A DNA stretch of 64,000 nucleotides from a bacterium (GCA_021372615.1 JAJFUB010000040.1:2453-66452), one strand, 5' to 3'. Shown: positions 43,962-54,542, counted from the stretch's first letter. Made by a program: numbers and translations. Notes: a model not told the origin generated them from the sequence alone.

Positions 43962-45598
43962 GCCGTCGGCACTGTCTCGAAGATCACATACGGCGGGCAT
44001 TCCTCCAGCAGCCGTACGTGGCGCGGCCAACGCGCCTGCACCTGCCGCCAGTAGGTCGGCCTCGCCAGGCCGAGCTTGGCCGGCGCGGTCGTCAGCACCT
44101 CGGCCTCCCGCGCGAACGGGACCCACTTGCCTTCGGTATGCCCCATGTTGCCCGGGTAGTCGTACTCCGACACCGGGTCGCCCACCGACATGACGCCGTA
44201 CGGGTAGTAGTACAAGGCCGAGGGCGGGGTGTAGCCATAGCATACCAGGGCCTCGCCCGGGGCCGCATGGTCCGCCGCCGCGGCCAGGACGGGCTGCTCG
44301 GTGATGACATGCGGCGGGGCCTTGCCCACAAAGCCGTAGGTGACGTGCAGCGGCACGATGAGGGCTGCCGCCAGTGCCACACACGCTAGGTCGCGCCGGT
44401 CCGTCGCAGCCGCTGCCAGCACCACAATCCCCCCGACCAGCAAACAGCCCGCCCACACCGGGGTCATCACCCCCGCCGGCAGCCCGGCCTGCGGGAAGAG
44501 ACGCTGGCCGAAGACACCGACCCCCGCCCCAAACAGCAACGCCAGAGCGCCGGAGGACAGCAAGCTCCAGCGCCCCTCACGGCCGGGGCCGGCCAGATGT
44601 CGCCCGATCAGCAGCGCCACCGCCGGCACCGCCGGGATGATGTACTGGATGAACTTCACTGGCGGCGGGATGTAGACGGCGATGGTGGTCAGCACGCACA
44701 GGCCCAGCAGCAACGTGAGGCGCCCCGCCGCTTCGCCCGGGCGGCGCAGGTCGCGCCAGGCCCGTCGCACCACCCCGGGGACGCATAGCGTCCACGGCAG
44801 GATGCCGCCGAGCAAGAAGGCGATCGTGTGCCACCACGGCTGCCGGACCGGCGCCTGGCGCGTGAGGCGCCAGGCGTTTTCGTGGCCGAAGAAGAACGCC
44901 AGATAGCCCGGGTTGGCCCGCTCGCAGGCCCAGTACCACGGTACGGTCAGCACCAGGAACAGGCCGAGGCACAGCGCCCATGGCACATGCCGCAGGGCCC
45001 CGAGCCGTCGCGTCAACGCCAGCGCCAGCAGGAAGGGCACGCTCACCAGCACCAGCGCGATCGGCCCCTTGGTCAGCATGCCCAAACCCAGCAGGCCGGC
45101 GGCGCCCACATACCCCAAGCGACGCTCGCGCCCGCCCTCGGACGCCCACCAGCAGCACCAGAGGGCCCCGGTGATCACCGCCGCCAGCGGCATGTCAAAC
45201 CGCGCATGGCGGGCCATGCAGAACCACAGCAGACTGGAGCCGAGCACGACGGTGCTGCAGAGCGCCTCGCGCGGGCCGAACACCCGCCGGGCCATCCCAT
45301 ACACCAGCGCCGTGCACAGGGCCGCGCACAGCATCGTGGGCAGCCGGAAGGCCCCCTCGGTCTCGCCGAACAGGGCCATGCTGGCCGCGTCCATCCAGTG
45401 CAGCAGCGGGGGCTTGTCCAGGTAGGTCAGGCCGTTGAGGCGCGGGGTGACGAAGTCGCCGCTGCGCAGCATCCCGCGGGCCACGGCGGCATAGCGTGGC
45501 TCGCCGCGGGCGATCAGGCCGAAGCTGCCGAGGCCGAAGCCGTAGACGAGGCAGGCTACCAGGAAGACAAGCAGTGTGGCGCGGCGCGCGGCGCTCAC
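43931..45598 (-). CDS. GT39/GT83-family glycosyltransferase (ArnT/PMT-like undecaprenyl-phosphate sugar transferase)
   Basis: 555-aa polytopic membrane protein with N-terminal ArnT-like motifs (GEPRYAAVARGMLRSGDFVTP...YLDKPPL). Its start overlaps the PAP2 stop by 4 nt. Confidence 0.85.
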   Translation of the reverse strand: MSAARRATLLVFLVACLVYGFGLGSFGLIARGEPRYAAVARGMLRSGDFVTPRLNGLTYLDKPPLLHWMDAASMALFGETEGAFRLPTMLCAALCTALVYGMARRVFGPREALCSTVVLGSSLLWFCMARHARFDMPLAAVITGALWCCWWASEGGRERRLGYVGAAGLLGLGMLTKGPIALVLVSVPFLLALALTRRLGALRHVPWALCLGLFLVLTVPWYWACERANPGYLAFFFGHENAWRLTRQAPVRQPWWHTIAFLLGGILPWTLCVPGVVRRAWRDLRRPGEAAGRLTLLLGLCVLTTIAVYIPPPVKFIQYIIPAVPAVALLIGRHLAGPGREGRWSLLSSGALALLFGAGVGVFGQRLFPQAGLPAGVMTPVWAGCLLVGGIVVLAAAATDRRDLACVALAAALIVPLHVTYGFVGKAPPHVITEQPVLAAAADHAAPGEALVCYGYTPPSALYYYPYGVMSVGDPVSEYDYPGNMGHTEGKWVPFAREAEVLTTAPAKLGLARPTYWRQVQARWPRHVRLLEECPPYVIFETVPTAQVGGNGGSS

Positions 45599-46293
45599 GG
45601 CGAGCCGCTCTCCCCGCCGGGGTCGGCCGGAACGGGCGCCCCATCACCAGGCGCCTGAACCTCTGGACGCGGCCGCCAGCGGCGCAGCACCAGCGCCGAG
45701 GCCCCGGTGGCCATCAGCAGCGCCCCCCACACGTCAGCCGGGTGGTGCATGCCCACCGCAATGCGGGACAACCCCACCAGCACCCCGACGAAGAAGACCG
45801 GCACGCTGGCCCCCGGCACGAAGGCCAGGGCCACGGTCGCGATCGCAAAGACCGAGGCCGTGTCGGCGGACGGGAACGAGCGGTAGCGGTTACCCGAGGG
45901 TCGGGCGTCGGGGCCATCCAGGGGCACGAGGCGGTATTCGTACTTCGGGCGCTCCCGGCGCACCGTGAGCTTCGTGGCGTTCACGACGATGCCCGTGGCC
46001 AGCAGACAGCCCAGAGTCAGCGCCAGCCACCGGTGAGCCAGCCGCCGACGCAGCAGCAGCCCGACCCCGTAGACCAGCAGGAGCGCGATCACCTGCTTGT
46101 CGAGCTTGCCCAGGGGCTTGATGAAGGGCAGGGCCGCCTTGAAGGCCGCGTTGGTCTGCAGGGCGTGCTGTATCTGCAGCGTATACGGGTCCACCCAGAG
46201 CCAGATGGCCGGCAGCGCGACCAGGCCCAGCAGCCACAGGCATAGCCACGGGCAGCGGCAGCACGGGCGGGTGGGCGCGGTCTCCTGGCTCAC
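45595..46293 (-). CDS. PAP2-family (phosphatidic acid phosphatase type 2 / lipid phosphatase) membrane protein
   Basis: GTG start in a GTGA overlap with the stop of the upstream gene. PAP2 motifs KLTVRRERP, SFPSADTA and SRIAVGMHHPAD. The long upstream extension of the track ORF (45595..47190) is rejected as the antisense of the LPG-synthase-like gene. Confidence 0.75.
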   Translation of the reverse strand: MSQETAPTRPCCRCPWLCLWLLGLVALPAIWLWVDPYTLQIQHALQTNAAFKAALPFIKPLGKLDKQVIALLLVYGVGLLLRRRLAHRWLALTLGCLLATGIVVNATKLTVRRERPKYEYRLVPLDGPDARPSGNRYRSFPSADTASVFAIATVALAFVPGASVPVFFVGVLVGLSRIAVGMHHPADVWGALLMATGASALVLRRWRPRPEVQAPGDGAPVPADPGGESGSP

Positions 46294-47300
46294 AGCGGGG
46301 GCGCTCCTTCGTCGGCGGCAGGTGGCGCGGGCGCGTCCGGCGGCTGCCAGAACTGCAGCCCCGCGCCGATCAGACTCAGGGCAATGCCCGCCACACGCTG
46401 CAACACCCCCACCGCCAGGGCCGCCGATTGCGGGATCCCGGCCCACTGCAACAGGAGCAGCGTCGCTCCCTCGGTCCAGCCGATGTTGCCGATGCTGACC
46501 GGCACGATGCCGGTGATCTTCAGAATGACCGCCACGGCCACCATGCGCAGGATGGGCAAGGGGTGCCCCAGCGCCGCGCACCAGTACTGCACCGCCAGAC
46601 CCGTGCCCATGATGCCCACACACGACACCAGCCACGAGGCGGCCAGGCTGCCCCGGTGGTGGCGGTACTGCAGCAGCGCGCTGGACACCTCGATGAGCTT
46701 GTCCACGACTTTGCGCGCCAGTCGGGCGACCGTGCCGGAGGGCTGGGCGCCCGCGGCCGAGACCTGGCGTCGCGCCAGCAGCACTGTCGTCACTGCGGCC
46801 AGCGCCCCGCCGCCGAGCAGGATGAGCATCGTGTAGCGGAAGGGCGGGAAGTCCACGAAGGCGCCGATGACGAGCCCGAAGACCACCAGTGAGCCCCAGC
46901 CAACCACCGCGCGATCCACCACCACCGAGGCCACCACAGTCGCCGTGGTGCCCTGGCCCCCGCGCACGGCCAGATACGACTTGGCCACATCGCCGCCGAC
47001 GGTCGAGGGCATGAAGTTGTTGTAAAACAGGGCGATGAAGCCCAGCCGCAGGGTCTCGGCGAAGGGGAGGCGCACGCCGGCCGGCGGGAGCAGCAGGTGC
47101 CAGCGCAGGATGGAGATGACCCGCACGGCCAGTTCCACCACGAGCGCCCAGGCTACCCACGCGGGGATCAGCTCGCGCAGCGCTGTCCACGTCTCACCCA
47201 GCGGCACGGCGCGCAGCACGATGCCGACGAGCAGCAGCGTGGCCAGGAGACGTACCAGGAGGAGAAGAGGGCGTTTCCGACCGGAGGTGTCCTTCGTCAT
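46290..47300 (-). CDS. Lysylphosphatidylglycerol-synthase-like transmembrane (flippase-like, UPF0104/TIGR00374) domain protein
   Basis: ATG at 47300 (MTKDTSGRKRPLLLLVRLL...). ~8 TM helices, FYNNFMPSTVGGDVAKSY motif. No C-terminal aminoacyl-transferase domain. Confidence 0.8.
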   Translation of the reverse strand: MTKDTSGRKRPLLLLVRLLATLLLVGIVLRAVPLGETWTALRELIPAWVAWALVVELAVRVISILRWHLLLPPAGVRLPFAETLRLGFIALFYNNFMPSTVGGDVAKSYLAVRGGQGTTATVVASVVVDRAVVGWGSLVVFGLVIGAFVDFPPFRYTMLILLGGGALAAVTTVLLARRQVSAAGAQPSGTVARLARKVVDKLIEVSSALLQYRHHRGSLAASWLVSCVGIMGTGLAVQYWCAALGHPLPILRMVAVAVILKITGIVPVSIGNIGWTEGATLLLLQWAGIPQSAALAVGVLQRVAGIALSLIGAGLQFWQPPDAPAPPAADEGAPPL

Positions 47301-47503
47301 AGTCGGCGAGGAGTGTAGCAGATTCGCGGGCGGAAGACCAGAAGCCCGGCGGCCGGGGCCGAGATGGGGCCAGTGCGGAATCCGGGGCGCGTGGAGGGGA
47401 TGACGAGCAAAGGGGGAACCCTCCGCCGACGAGCGCCGAGTCAGCAACGCGCGGGCGCGGACGTCCCGGATGCGCCCACGCGACACCCACCAAGGAGACT
47501 TCC

Positions 47504-48709
47504 ATGAGCAAGAGCATCATCAACCTGGCCATCGTCGGTTGCGGCGGCATTGCCGGCGCGCACCTGAACGGCTACACCAACCTCATCAAGGCCGGCTACG
47601 ACCGCTTCCGCTTCGCCGCCCTGGTGGACCCGAACCCGGCCAATGTCGAGAAGTTCCAGACGCGCATCAATGAGCTGACCGGCGATGTGCCGCCGGGCTT
47701 CGCCACCGTCGAGGAGATGCTCAAGGCCGGCCCGATTGACGGGGTGGACATCTGCTCGCCCCACGCCATGCACCATGTCAACGCAATCCCCTGCCTGAAG
47801 CAGGGCATCCCGGTCATGATCGAAAAGCCCTGCGGCATCACGATCAAGGCCAGCCACAAGATCCTGGCGGCGTCGGAGAAGTCCGGGGCGTTCGTGGCCA
47901 CCGCCGAGCAGGTCCGCCGCTGCAAGCCCGCGCGGGCGATGGAGTGGGCCATCAACAAGCAGAAGATGATGGGCGCTCCGCGCTTCATGACCATGCAGGT
48001 GTTCGGCTACCAGCAGTTCGACTGGACCGCCTACGCCTTCGCGTGGCGCGGGCTGAAGCTCCTGGGCGGCGGCGGGATGCTCGTGGACGCCGGCGCGCAC
48101 TTCACCGACATGATGCTCCACGTCTTTGGCCCGGTGAAGGAAGTCACGTGCGACCTGCGCACCTTCTTCCAGCCGACCCTCAACGGCCCGCTGGGGATCG
48201 GCAAGAAGAAACTGGATGTCGAGGACACGTGGCTGGCGCAGCTCCGCTTCGAGAGCGGCTTCATCGCCGACTGGGGCTACTGCCGCGAGGCCCGGGGCCA
48301 CAAGACCCGCACCGGCGTGTACTACGGCTCCAAGGGCTCGCTGCGCGACAAGCAGGAGTGGATGCACCCCTTCCAGTTCGGCGCCGACTTCGTGGACAAC
48401 GACGGCAACGAGCTGGCGTACGAAGAGATCGAGAAGCAGTACATGGCCAGCCTGAAGCCCAAGCAGCAGGAGAAGCTCTTCCCGTACGGCCTGGGCGACG
48501 GCATGAGCAACGAGACGTGGGACTTCGTGGACGCGATAGACAAGGGCCGCCAGCCGGAAGTCACCGGCTATGATGGCATGATGGCCAAGGCCGTCTGCTA
48601 CTCGCTCTACGAGTCGGCCGCAGCCGGCAAGTGGGTCAGCGTAGCGGACGTGGCGAGCGGGAAGGTGAACGCCTACCAGAAACCGATCGATGAGTTCTGG
48701 AAGATCTAG
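47504..48709 (+). CDS. Gfo/Idh/MocA-family oxidoreductase
   Basis: AAGGAGA RBS. N-terminal Rossmann motif LAIVGCGGIAGAHL and the C-terminal domain typical of the family. Confidence 0.9.
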   Translation: MSKSIINLAIVGCGGIAGAHLNGYTNLIKAGYDRFRFAALVDPNPANVEKFQTRINELTGDVPPGFATVEEMLKAGPIDGVDICSPHAMHHVNAIPCLKQGIPVMIEKPCGITIKASHKILAASEKSGAFVATAEQVRRCKPARAMEWAINKQKMMGAPRFMTMQVFGYQQFDWTAYAFAWRGLKLLGGGGMLVDAGAHFTDMMLHVFGPVKEVTCDLRTFFQPTLNGPLGIGKKKLDVEDTWLAQLRFESGFIADWGYCREARGHKTRTGVYYGSKGSLRDKQEWMHPFQFGADFVDNDGNELAYEEIEKQYMASLKPKQQEKLFPYGLGDGMSNETWDFVDAIDKGRQPEVTGYDGMMAKAVCYSLYESAAAGKWVSVADVASGKVNAYQKPIDEFWKI

Positions 48710-48745
48710 GACTGGCGGTCCATCGCATCGAGGGGAAGGCCGTCA

Positions 48746-50608
48746 GTGGCACACAAGAGGCGCCAGAACAAGAGGCCGAAGAGCAAGAAGCGAACTCAGG
48801 CTCCGCGCGAGCGTGGCGGTACGCGAGGCCAGGGCCGAGGCGGCGGGCTAGCCGCTGGCTCCGCTTCGACTGCCGCCGGAGGCGGGCGGGAGGGCGGCCG
48901 CAGTCAGGAGACGCGTCGAACACTGTCTCTGAATGTGATGGCTGGCCTCTTGGTCGCACTCATTCTGGTGATCCTCGGCTTGGTGCACGAACTCGTGGTC
49001 CCCGGGGTCGGCCGCGCTCAACGTGGCGACATTGAGCGGATTGAGAGCCGCCTCAAGGACATCGATCGCACCATCAGCAGACTCGCGACGGATCCTCAGA
49101 CGCGTGAGCCCGAGACCCGCCCGACCCAGAGGGAGATCATCGCGAAGGCCCGCAGCCATGCCCCACCCAGCGGCGCGACGCAGGCGCTGCTTGACGCGGT
49201 TGAGGAAGACATCCTCAAGAGCGGCGTACTGATCACCCAAGGCAGGCTCCACGGGGCCGAAGCGAGCTTGCGCAATGCCCGCCGCAGGCTCTCTGAGCTG
49301 CCAGCGGCAGCGGCTACACAACAAGGTCGCTACTTTCTGGAGGCCATGTTGAGCCTCCAACACTCTTCCCTTCTTGCCTTTCAGGGAGATATGCGCGGCG
49401 CGGCGGCAATGGGCGCGAGCGGCCTCCCAGCTGCAGACAACGCACGCGATCCCATGCTCCGCCGTCTTCTGCTCATGCAGGTGGCCAGCGCTGAAGCCGA
49501 CTGCGGTCAGTGGGACGTCGCCGCGGAGCACGCAGAAGAAGCCCGACGCCTTGGTCCGGATGATGCCCGAGCCACCGTGTTGTCTGGCGTGTGCTATGAC
49601 ATGCTGTCGCGACCTGACTTGGCACTGAGGAGGTTCGACACAGCGATCGCTCAGCTATTCCGCGGTACCTCGCTGGAGGAACCCGAAGCCACACACCTGC
49701 TGGCCACATCGTACTCGAACCGAGCTATACTTCAGTGGCGGCTAGGACAGCTAAGGGACTCGAAGACCGACTTCGACATGGCTGTGGCCATTCTGCAGCG
49801 CATGCAGAAGGACGGCAACGATGTCCGGTACGAACTCGCCCACTTCGTCAACAACCGCGGCAACATCCTCGGGAACCTAGGCTACGCCCTCGCTGCCTAC
49901 TTGGAGCACCGACGTGCGCTCAAGATGCAGCGCGCACTGCAATCGGGGGCGCCGAGCGTGATGGCGCCCGAGATCGCCATGACACTGAATGACATGGGCA
50001 ATACGCTCACAGGCCTGCATCTGGCGGTGCTGGCGGAGAGCCGCTTTGGTGAGGCTGAGAGGATGCTGCTACCCTTAGCGGACAGTGACGAGATCGGGTA
50101 CGGACGCGAGCTGGCGCTTGTCCTGTATAACCGGGCGGAATGCCTCAACCTCACGTTCCGTGCCAAGCGTGCTCTGGATTGTGCTACCCGTTCGGTCGCG
50201 ATCTTCAAGCGTCTGGATGCGGCTCTGCCGAACTGTTATCTTGAGGACTATGCGAACGCTCTCAGCGTTCGGGCCCACGCCCTATGGATGCTGAATAGGG
50301 ATGGAGAAGCGGCGGATGCGTCCGGTGATGCGGTCGCCGTGCGAAGACGACTTGCATCCCTGAACGAGCACCTTCACCGACACGGGCTTGCCATCGCACT
50401 GAACAACCAGGCCGTCGTGCTGGAGGCCTGTGGGCGATGGGAGGAAGCGAAGGACGCCGCGAAGGAATCCGATCAGGTCCTGCGCAGTCTGATGACGGAT
50501 ACGCCGGGAGCATACAGGAGCGAGGCGATAGCGTTCTGGATGGCGCGCCGCGCGATGGCTGTTAGGCACTGGGTTCGGGGCGTGCTAGGGGCTATCTGGC
50601 CATGGTGA
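48746..50608 (+). CDS. TPR-repeat protein with basic N-terminus and single TM helix
   Basis: GTG start (MAHKRRQNKRPKSKKR...), TM helix MAGLLVALILVILGLV, multiple TPR-like helical repeats. GC content visibly lower (~62%) than the neighbours. The start is uncertain. Confidence 0.65.
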   Translation: MAHKRRQNKRPKSKKRTQAPRERGGTRGQGRGGGLAAGSASTAAGGGREGGRSQETRRTLSLNVMAGLLVALILVILGLVHELVVPGVGRAQRGDIERIESRLKDIDRTISRLATDPQTREPETRPTQREIIAKARSHAPPSGATQALLDAVEEDILKSGVLITQGRLHGAEASLRNARRRLSELPAAAATQQGRYFLEAMLSLQHSSLLAFQGDMRGAAAMGASGLPAADNARDPMLRRLLLMQVASAEADCGQWDVAAEHAEEARRLGPDDARATVLSGVCYDMLSRPDLALRRFDTAIAQLFRGTSLEEPEATHLLATSYSNRAILQWRLGQLRDSKTDFDMAVAILQRMQKDGNDVRYELAHFVNNRGNILGNLGYALAAYLEHRRALKMQRALQSGAPSVMAPEIAMTLNDMGNTLTGLHLAVLAESRFGEAERMLLPLADSDEIGYGRELALVLYNRAECLNLTFRAKRALDCATRSVAIFKRLDAALPNCYLEDYANALSVRAHALWMLNRDGEAADASGDAVAVRRRLASLNEHLHRHGLAIALNNQAVVLEACGRWEEAKDAAKESDQVLRSLMTDTPGAYRSEAIAFWMARRAMAVRHWVRGVLGAIWPW

Positions 50609-50696
50609 GTTCGGCGCGGTTGCTGCCTCATCCGAGTCGGCGGGATGCGGACTGTAGCTCGTATCGCAATCACAGCCCTGCCGAGGGAGGAACCAT

Positions 50697-51818
50697 ATGA
50701 TCACGGTGTCTGGCCCCTCCGCCCGCATCGCCTTCGTCGGCGCGGGCAATCACTCGACCGAGTCGCTCTACCCCAATATCGCTCACATCCCCGAGTTCGA
50801 CCTCGTGGGCGTGTGCGACCTGGACGCGGAGAAGGCAGAGCGGGCCGCGCACCTGTACGGGGCACCGCAGTGGTTCACGGATGTCGCCACGATGCTCGCC
50901 GAAGTGAAGCCGGAGGGGGTGTGCATCTGTGGCATGCCCGACATGCACCATGCGGTTGGGCTGCAGGTGCTGCGGGCCGGGGTGCCCTTGTTCACTGAGA
51001 AGCCCCCGGCGTTCACCGCCGCCGAGGCTGCCGAACTGGTGCAGGCCGCGGAGGCCAGCGGCGTGTGGGGCATGGTCGCCTTCATGAAGCGCGTCGCCCC
51101 GGCCAATGTCGTGGCGAGGGAGCTGATTGACCGCGGCTCCGCCCCCAACGCCAGTAGCGCAGGCGGCTCGCCTGCGCGCGCGGGCGAGGCCGCCCGCGCT
51201 ACTGCGGAAGGGGGCGCCGGCACTGTGGGAGACATCTTCGGCGGTCTGAACTCACTGGCGATGATCCACGGCTCCGGCCCGTACACCGAGATCCGCCGGA
51301 TGCTGCTGTTCAATGCCATCCACATGCTCGACCTCGCGCGGTTCTTCGCCGGTGATGTGGCCGAGGTCTTCTGCCATCGCTCGCCCGCGGGCAGCGCCGT
51401 CCAGGCGCTGTCGATCAGCTTCCGCTTCGTCAATGGCGTCGTGGGCCAGCTCAACATGAACTCCTCGGTCACATGGCGCGACTGCTTCGAGCAGGTGTAC
51501 CTGAGCGGCAAGGGCGCGGCGATGCTCATTGATGCCTCGCGCGAAGTGCAAGTCATGTCCGGCCAGAGCCGCTTCGCCGACGCCCCCGGCGTGGACACTG
51601 CCGGCTGGGGCAGCCGCTACTACGTGTCGGGCAACCTGTCGGGCTGGACTGCCGGCGGGCACTACACGCGCGGCTACCACGGCGAGCTGCAGCATTTCGC
51701 GCGCGCTGTGCTGGGGCAGGTCGCGCCGGCTGCGACACTTGTGGATGGCCTGCGCGCGATGGAGCTGATCGAGGCCATCATGCAGAGCACCGAGACCGGG
51801 CAGCCGGTCAGCCTGTGA
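50697..51818 (+). CDS. Gfo/Idh/MocA-family oxidoreductase (second copy) carrying a low-complexity insert
   Basis: GAGGGAGG RBS. IAFVGAGNHST Rossmann motif. A G/A/S-rich insert SAPNASSAGGSPARAGEAARATAEGGAG is encoded by an imperfect 53-nt palindrome at ~51152-51204. Confidence 0.85.
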   Translation: MITVSGPSARIAFVGAGNHSTESLYPNIAHIPEFDLVGVCDLDAEKAERAAHLYGAPQWFTDVATMLAEVKPEGVCICGMPDMHHAVGLQVLRAGVPLFTEKPPAFTAAEAAELVQAAEASGVWGMVAFMKRVAPANVVARELIDRGSAPNASSAGGSPARAGEAARATAEGGAGTVGDIFGGLNSLAMIHGSGPYTEIRRMLLFNAIHMLDLARFFAGDVAEVFCHRSPAGSAVQALSISFRFVNGVVGQLNMNSSVTWRDCFEQVYLSGKGAAMLIDASREVQVMSGQSRFADAPGVDTAGWGSRYYVSGNLSGWTAGGHYTRGYHGELQHFARAVLGQVAPAATLVDGLRAMELIEAIMQSTETGQPVSL

Positions 51819-51885
51819 TGTGAGGGGATGAAGTGCGACACCCGTGACGCTACCGGGGGGCGCGAGACACCGAACGGAGTAGCCC

Positions 51886-52587
51886 ATGAACCTCCTGGTC
51901 CTCAACGGCAGCCCTAACCGCGATCAGGGCAACACGCACAAGGTCCTGCAGCCCTTCGTGGACGAGGCGCAGAAGCTGGGCGCCAGTGTGGAGACGCAGT
52001 TCGTCGCCGATCTGGACGTGCAGCCCTGCCGCGGGTGTTACGCGTGCTGGAAGGCGCGCGGGGACTGCGTCATCGAGGACGACATGCGCTGGCTGCTGCC
52101 CAAGATGGCGGCGGCCGATGTGCTCGTGCTCGGCGTGCCCCTCTATGTGTTCCACATGCCCGCGCCGATGAAGGCCATCCTCGACCGCACCATCCCGCTC
52201 GCCAGCCCGCAGATCGAGATCGTGGAGGGCGAGTGCCGCCACCTGCCCCGCGAGGGCACGGGGGCCGACATGATCCGCTCGATGCTGCTCGTGTCGGTGT
52301 GCGGCTTCTGGGAGGTCGAGCACTTCGACGTGCTGGCCACCTGGACCGAGACCTTCTGCCGCACCGCGGGCGCCCGCTGCGCCGGGAAGCTGCTGCGCCC
52401 CCATGCGTATGCCTTCGCCGCCATGCCGGGGGTCGTGCCGGCCAAGAGCAAGGTCGTTCGCGCCCTCAAGCGGGCAGCGCACGAGCTGGTCGGCGAGGGC
52501 CGGGTGTCGCCGGAGACCGAGGGCGCGGTCGCCGCGCCGCTGATGAGCCAGGAGGCCTATCTGAAGGCCGCCAACCGGTCGTGGTAG
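51886..52587 (+). CDS. NADPH-dependent FMN reductase / iron-sulfur flavoprotein (Isf-like)
   Basis: LLVLNGSPNRDQGNT (flavodoxin-like) with a compact Cys motif CRGCYACW. GGAG RBS. Confidence 0.8.
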   Translation: MNLLVLNGSPNRDQGNTHKVLQPFVDEAQKLGASVETQFVADLDVQPCRGCYACWKARGDCVIEDDMRWLLPKMAAADVLVLGVPLYVFHMPAPMKAILDRTIPLASPQIEIVEGECRHLPREGTGADMIRSMLLVSVCGFWEVEHFDVLATWTETFCRTAGARCAGKLLRPHAYAFAAMPGVVPAKSKVVRALKRAAHELVGEGRVSPETEGAVAAPLMSQEAYLKAANRSW

Positions 52588-52625
52588 GACGGACACGCAC
52601 TCCCACCGTGTGACAAAGGAGCCCC

Positions 52626-53672
52626 ATGTCCCGCCAACTCGCCCTCGACGCCATTCGCTGCCAGGCCGCACCGCGCATGGCCCACACGGAGTACAGCCTC
52701 GGGTACCACCACGACTACATCAAGCAGACCACCGGCCTGGCCTCGAACGAGCCGGGGGCGATGCGGAAGCTGTACGAGCTGTGGGAGATCGACTTCAACT
52801 GGGGGACCCACGAGGGCCTGCACGGGGATTGGGGCAGCCGGGGGCGGGCAACCGACATGGGCCACGCCGTCTATGCCGCCGATGGCAGCGACTTGCGCCA
52901 GCCCCGGGAGTGCCCCTTCAAGACCGTCGAGGAAGTCTGGGCCTTCGACCCCATCGCCGAGTACGGCCTGCCCGACTTTGACGAGCAGGTCGCGGCGTAT
53001 GAGCAGATGGTGCAGGACAACCGCACGAACTGGCCCGACCAGCTCACCACCGGCGGGTACTACAAGAGCACCGTATCCGGGTGCATCGCTGCCTTCGGGT
53101 GGGACATGTTCCTGCTGGCCTGCGCGGACCGGGCGAAGATCGAGCCGGTGCTGGAGCACTTCGCCCAGTGGACGCTCTTCCACATGCGCGCGTGGGCCGA
53201 GACGAGCGCCGAGGCCATCATCCAGCATGATGACTTCGTGTGGACCGAGGGCGCGTTCATGAACCCGGACATCTACCGCAAGGTCATCATCCCGAACTTC
53301 GCGGAGATGTGGAAGCCGCTGCACGCCGCGGGCAAGCAGGTGCTGTTCATCTCGGACGGCAACTACATGGAGTTCGCCGAGGACATCGCGGCGGCGGGGG
53401 CGGACGGGTTCTTCTTCGAGCCCATGCACAAGTTCGAGTTCATGGTCGAGCGCTTCGGCTCGTCCCACTGCCTGATCGGCAGCGACGTGGACTGCGTGGA
53501 CATGGCCTTCCGGCCGTGGGAGACCGTCCGGGCCAGCATGGACCGCACCTTCAAGCTGGCGGAGCGGTGCCGGGGCCTGATCTGGGCGGTAGGCAACCAC
53601 CTGCCGGCGAACATCCCCGACGCGATGATGCAGCGGTACATCGAGTGCTTCCTCGAACACAGAAAGCGGTGA
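52626..53672 (+). CDS. Uroporphyrinogen decarboxylase (URO-D)-family protein, second paralog
   Basis: AAGGAG RBS. URO-D-like TIM barrel. Paralogous to 32011..33102. Confidence 0.8.
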   Translation: MSRQLALDAIRCQAAPRMAHTEYSLGYHHDYIKQTTGLASNEPGAMRKLYELWEIDFNWGTHEGLHGDWGSRGRATDMGHAVYAADGSDLRQPRECPFKTVEEVWAFDPIAEYGLPDFDEQVAAYEQMVQDNRTNWPDQLTTGGYYKSTVSGCIAAFGWDMFLLACADRAKIEPVLEHFAQWTLFHMRAWAETSAEAIIQHDDFVWTEGAFMNPDIYRKVIIPNFAEMWKPLHAAGKQVLFISDGNYMEFAEDIAAAGADGFFFEPMHKFEFMVERFGSSHCLIGSDVDCVDMAFRPWETVRASMDRTFKLAERCRGLIWAVGNHLPANIPDAMMQRYIECFLEHRKR

Positions 53673-53888
53673 TGCTGCGGAGCAGACCTGACGCTTCGCC
53701 GGCGCCCCGCGGTCCGCACAGCGGAATCGGCACGGGCCTGGCAGGTGATTGCGTACGGGTGGCGAACGACAATAAGGACTATCTGCGTCTGCTGTGCTCT
53801 TTTCTTGGCCATTGTCACTGATCTGCACGATCCGCGGGCGGGGCCCGCTTGGATACCGATCCCTGTGAAGCCATGAGGAGGCGTAGCC

Positions 53889-54542
<654 letters not shown>

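Noticed and set aside
45595-47190. Long 531-aa form of the PAP2 ORF
   Set aside because: The first ~300 codons are the antisense of the LPG-synthase-like gene and are Arg/Gly-rich. The PAP2 domain begins at a GTG in a GTGA overlap with the upstream stop.
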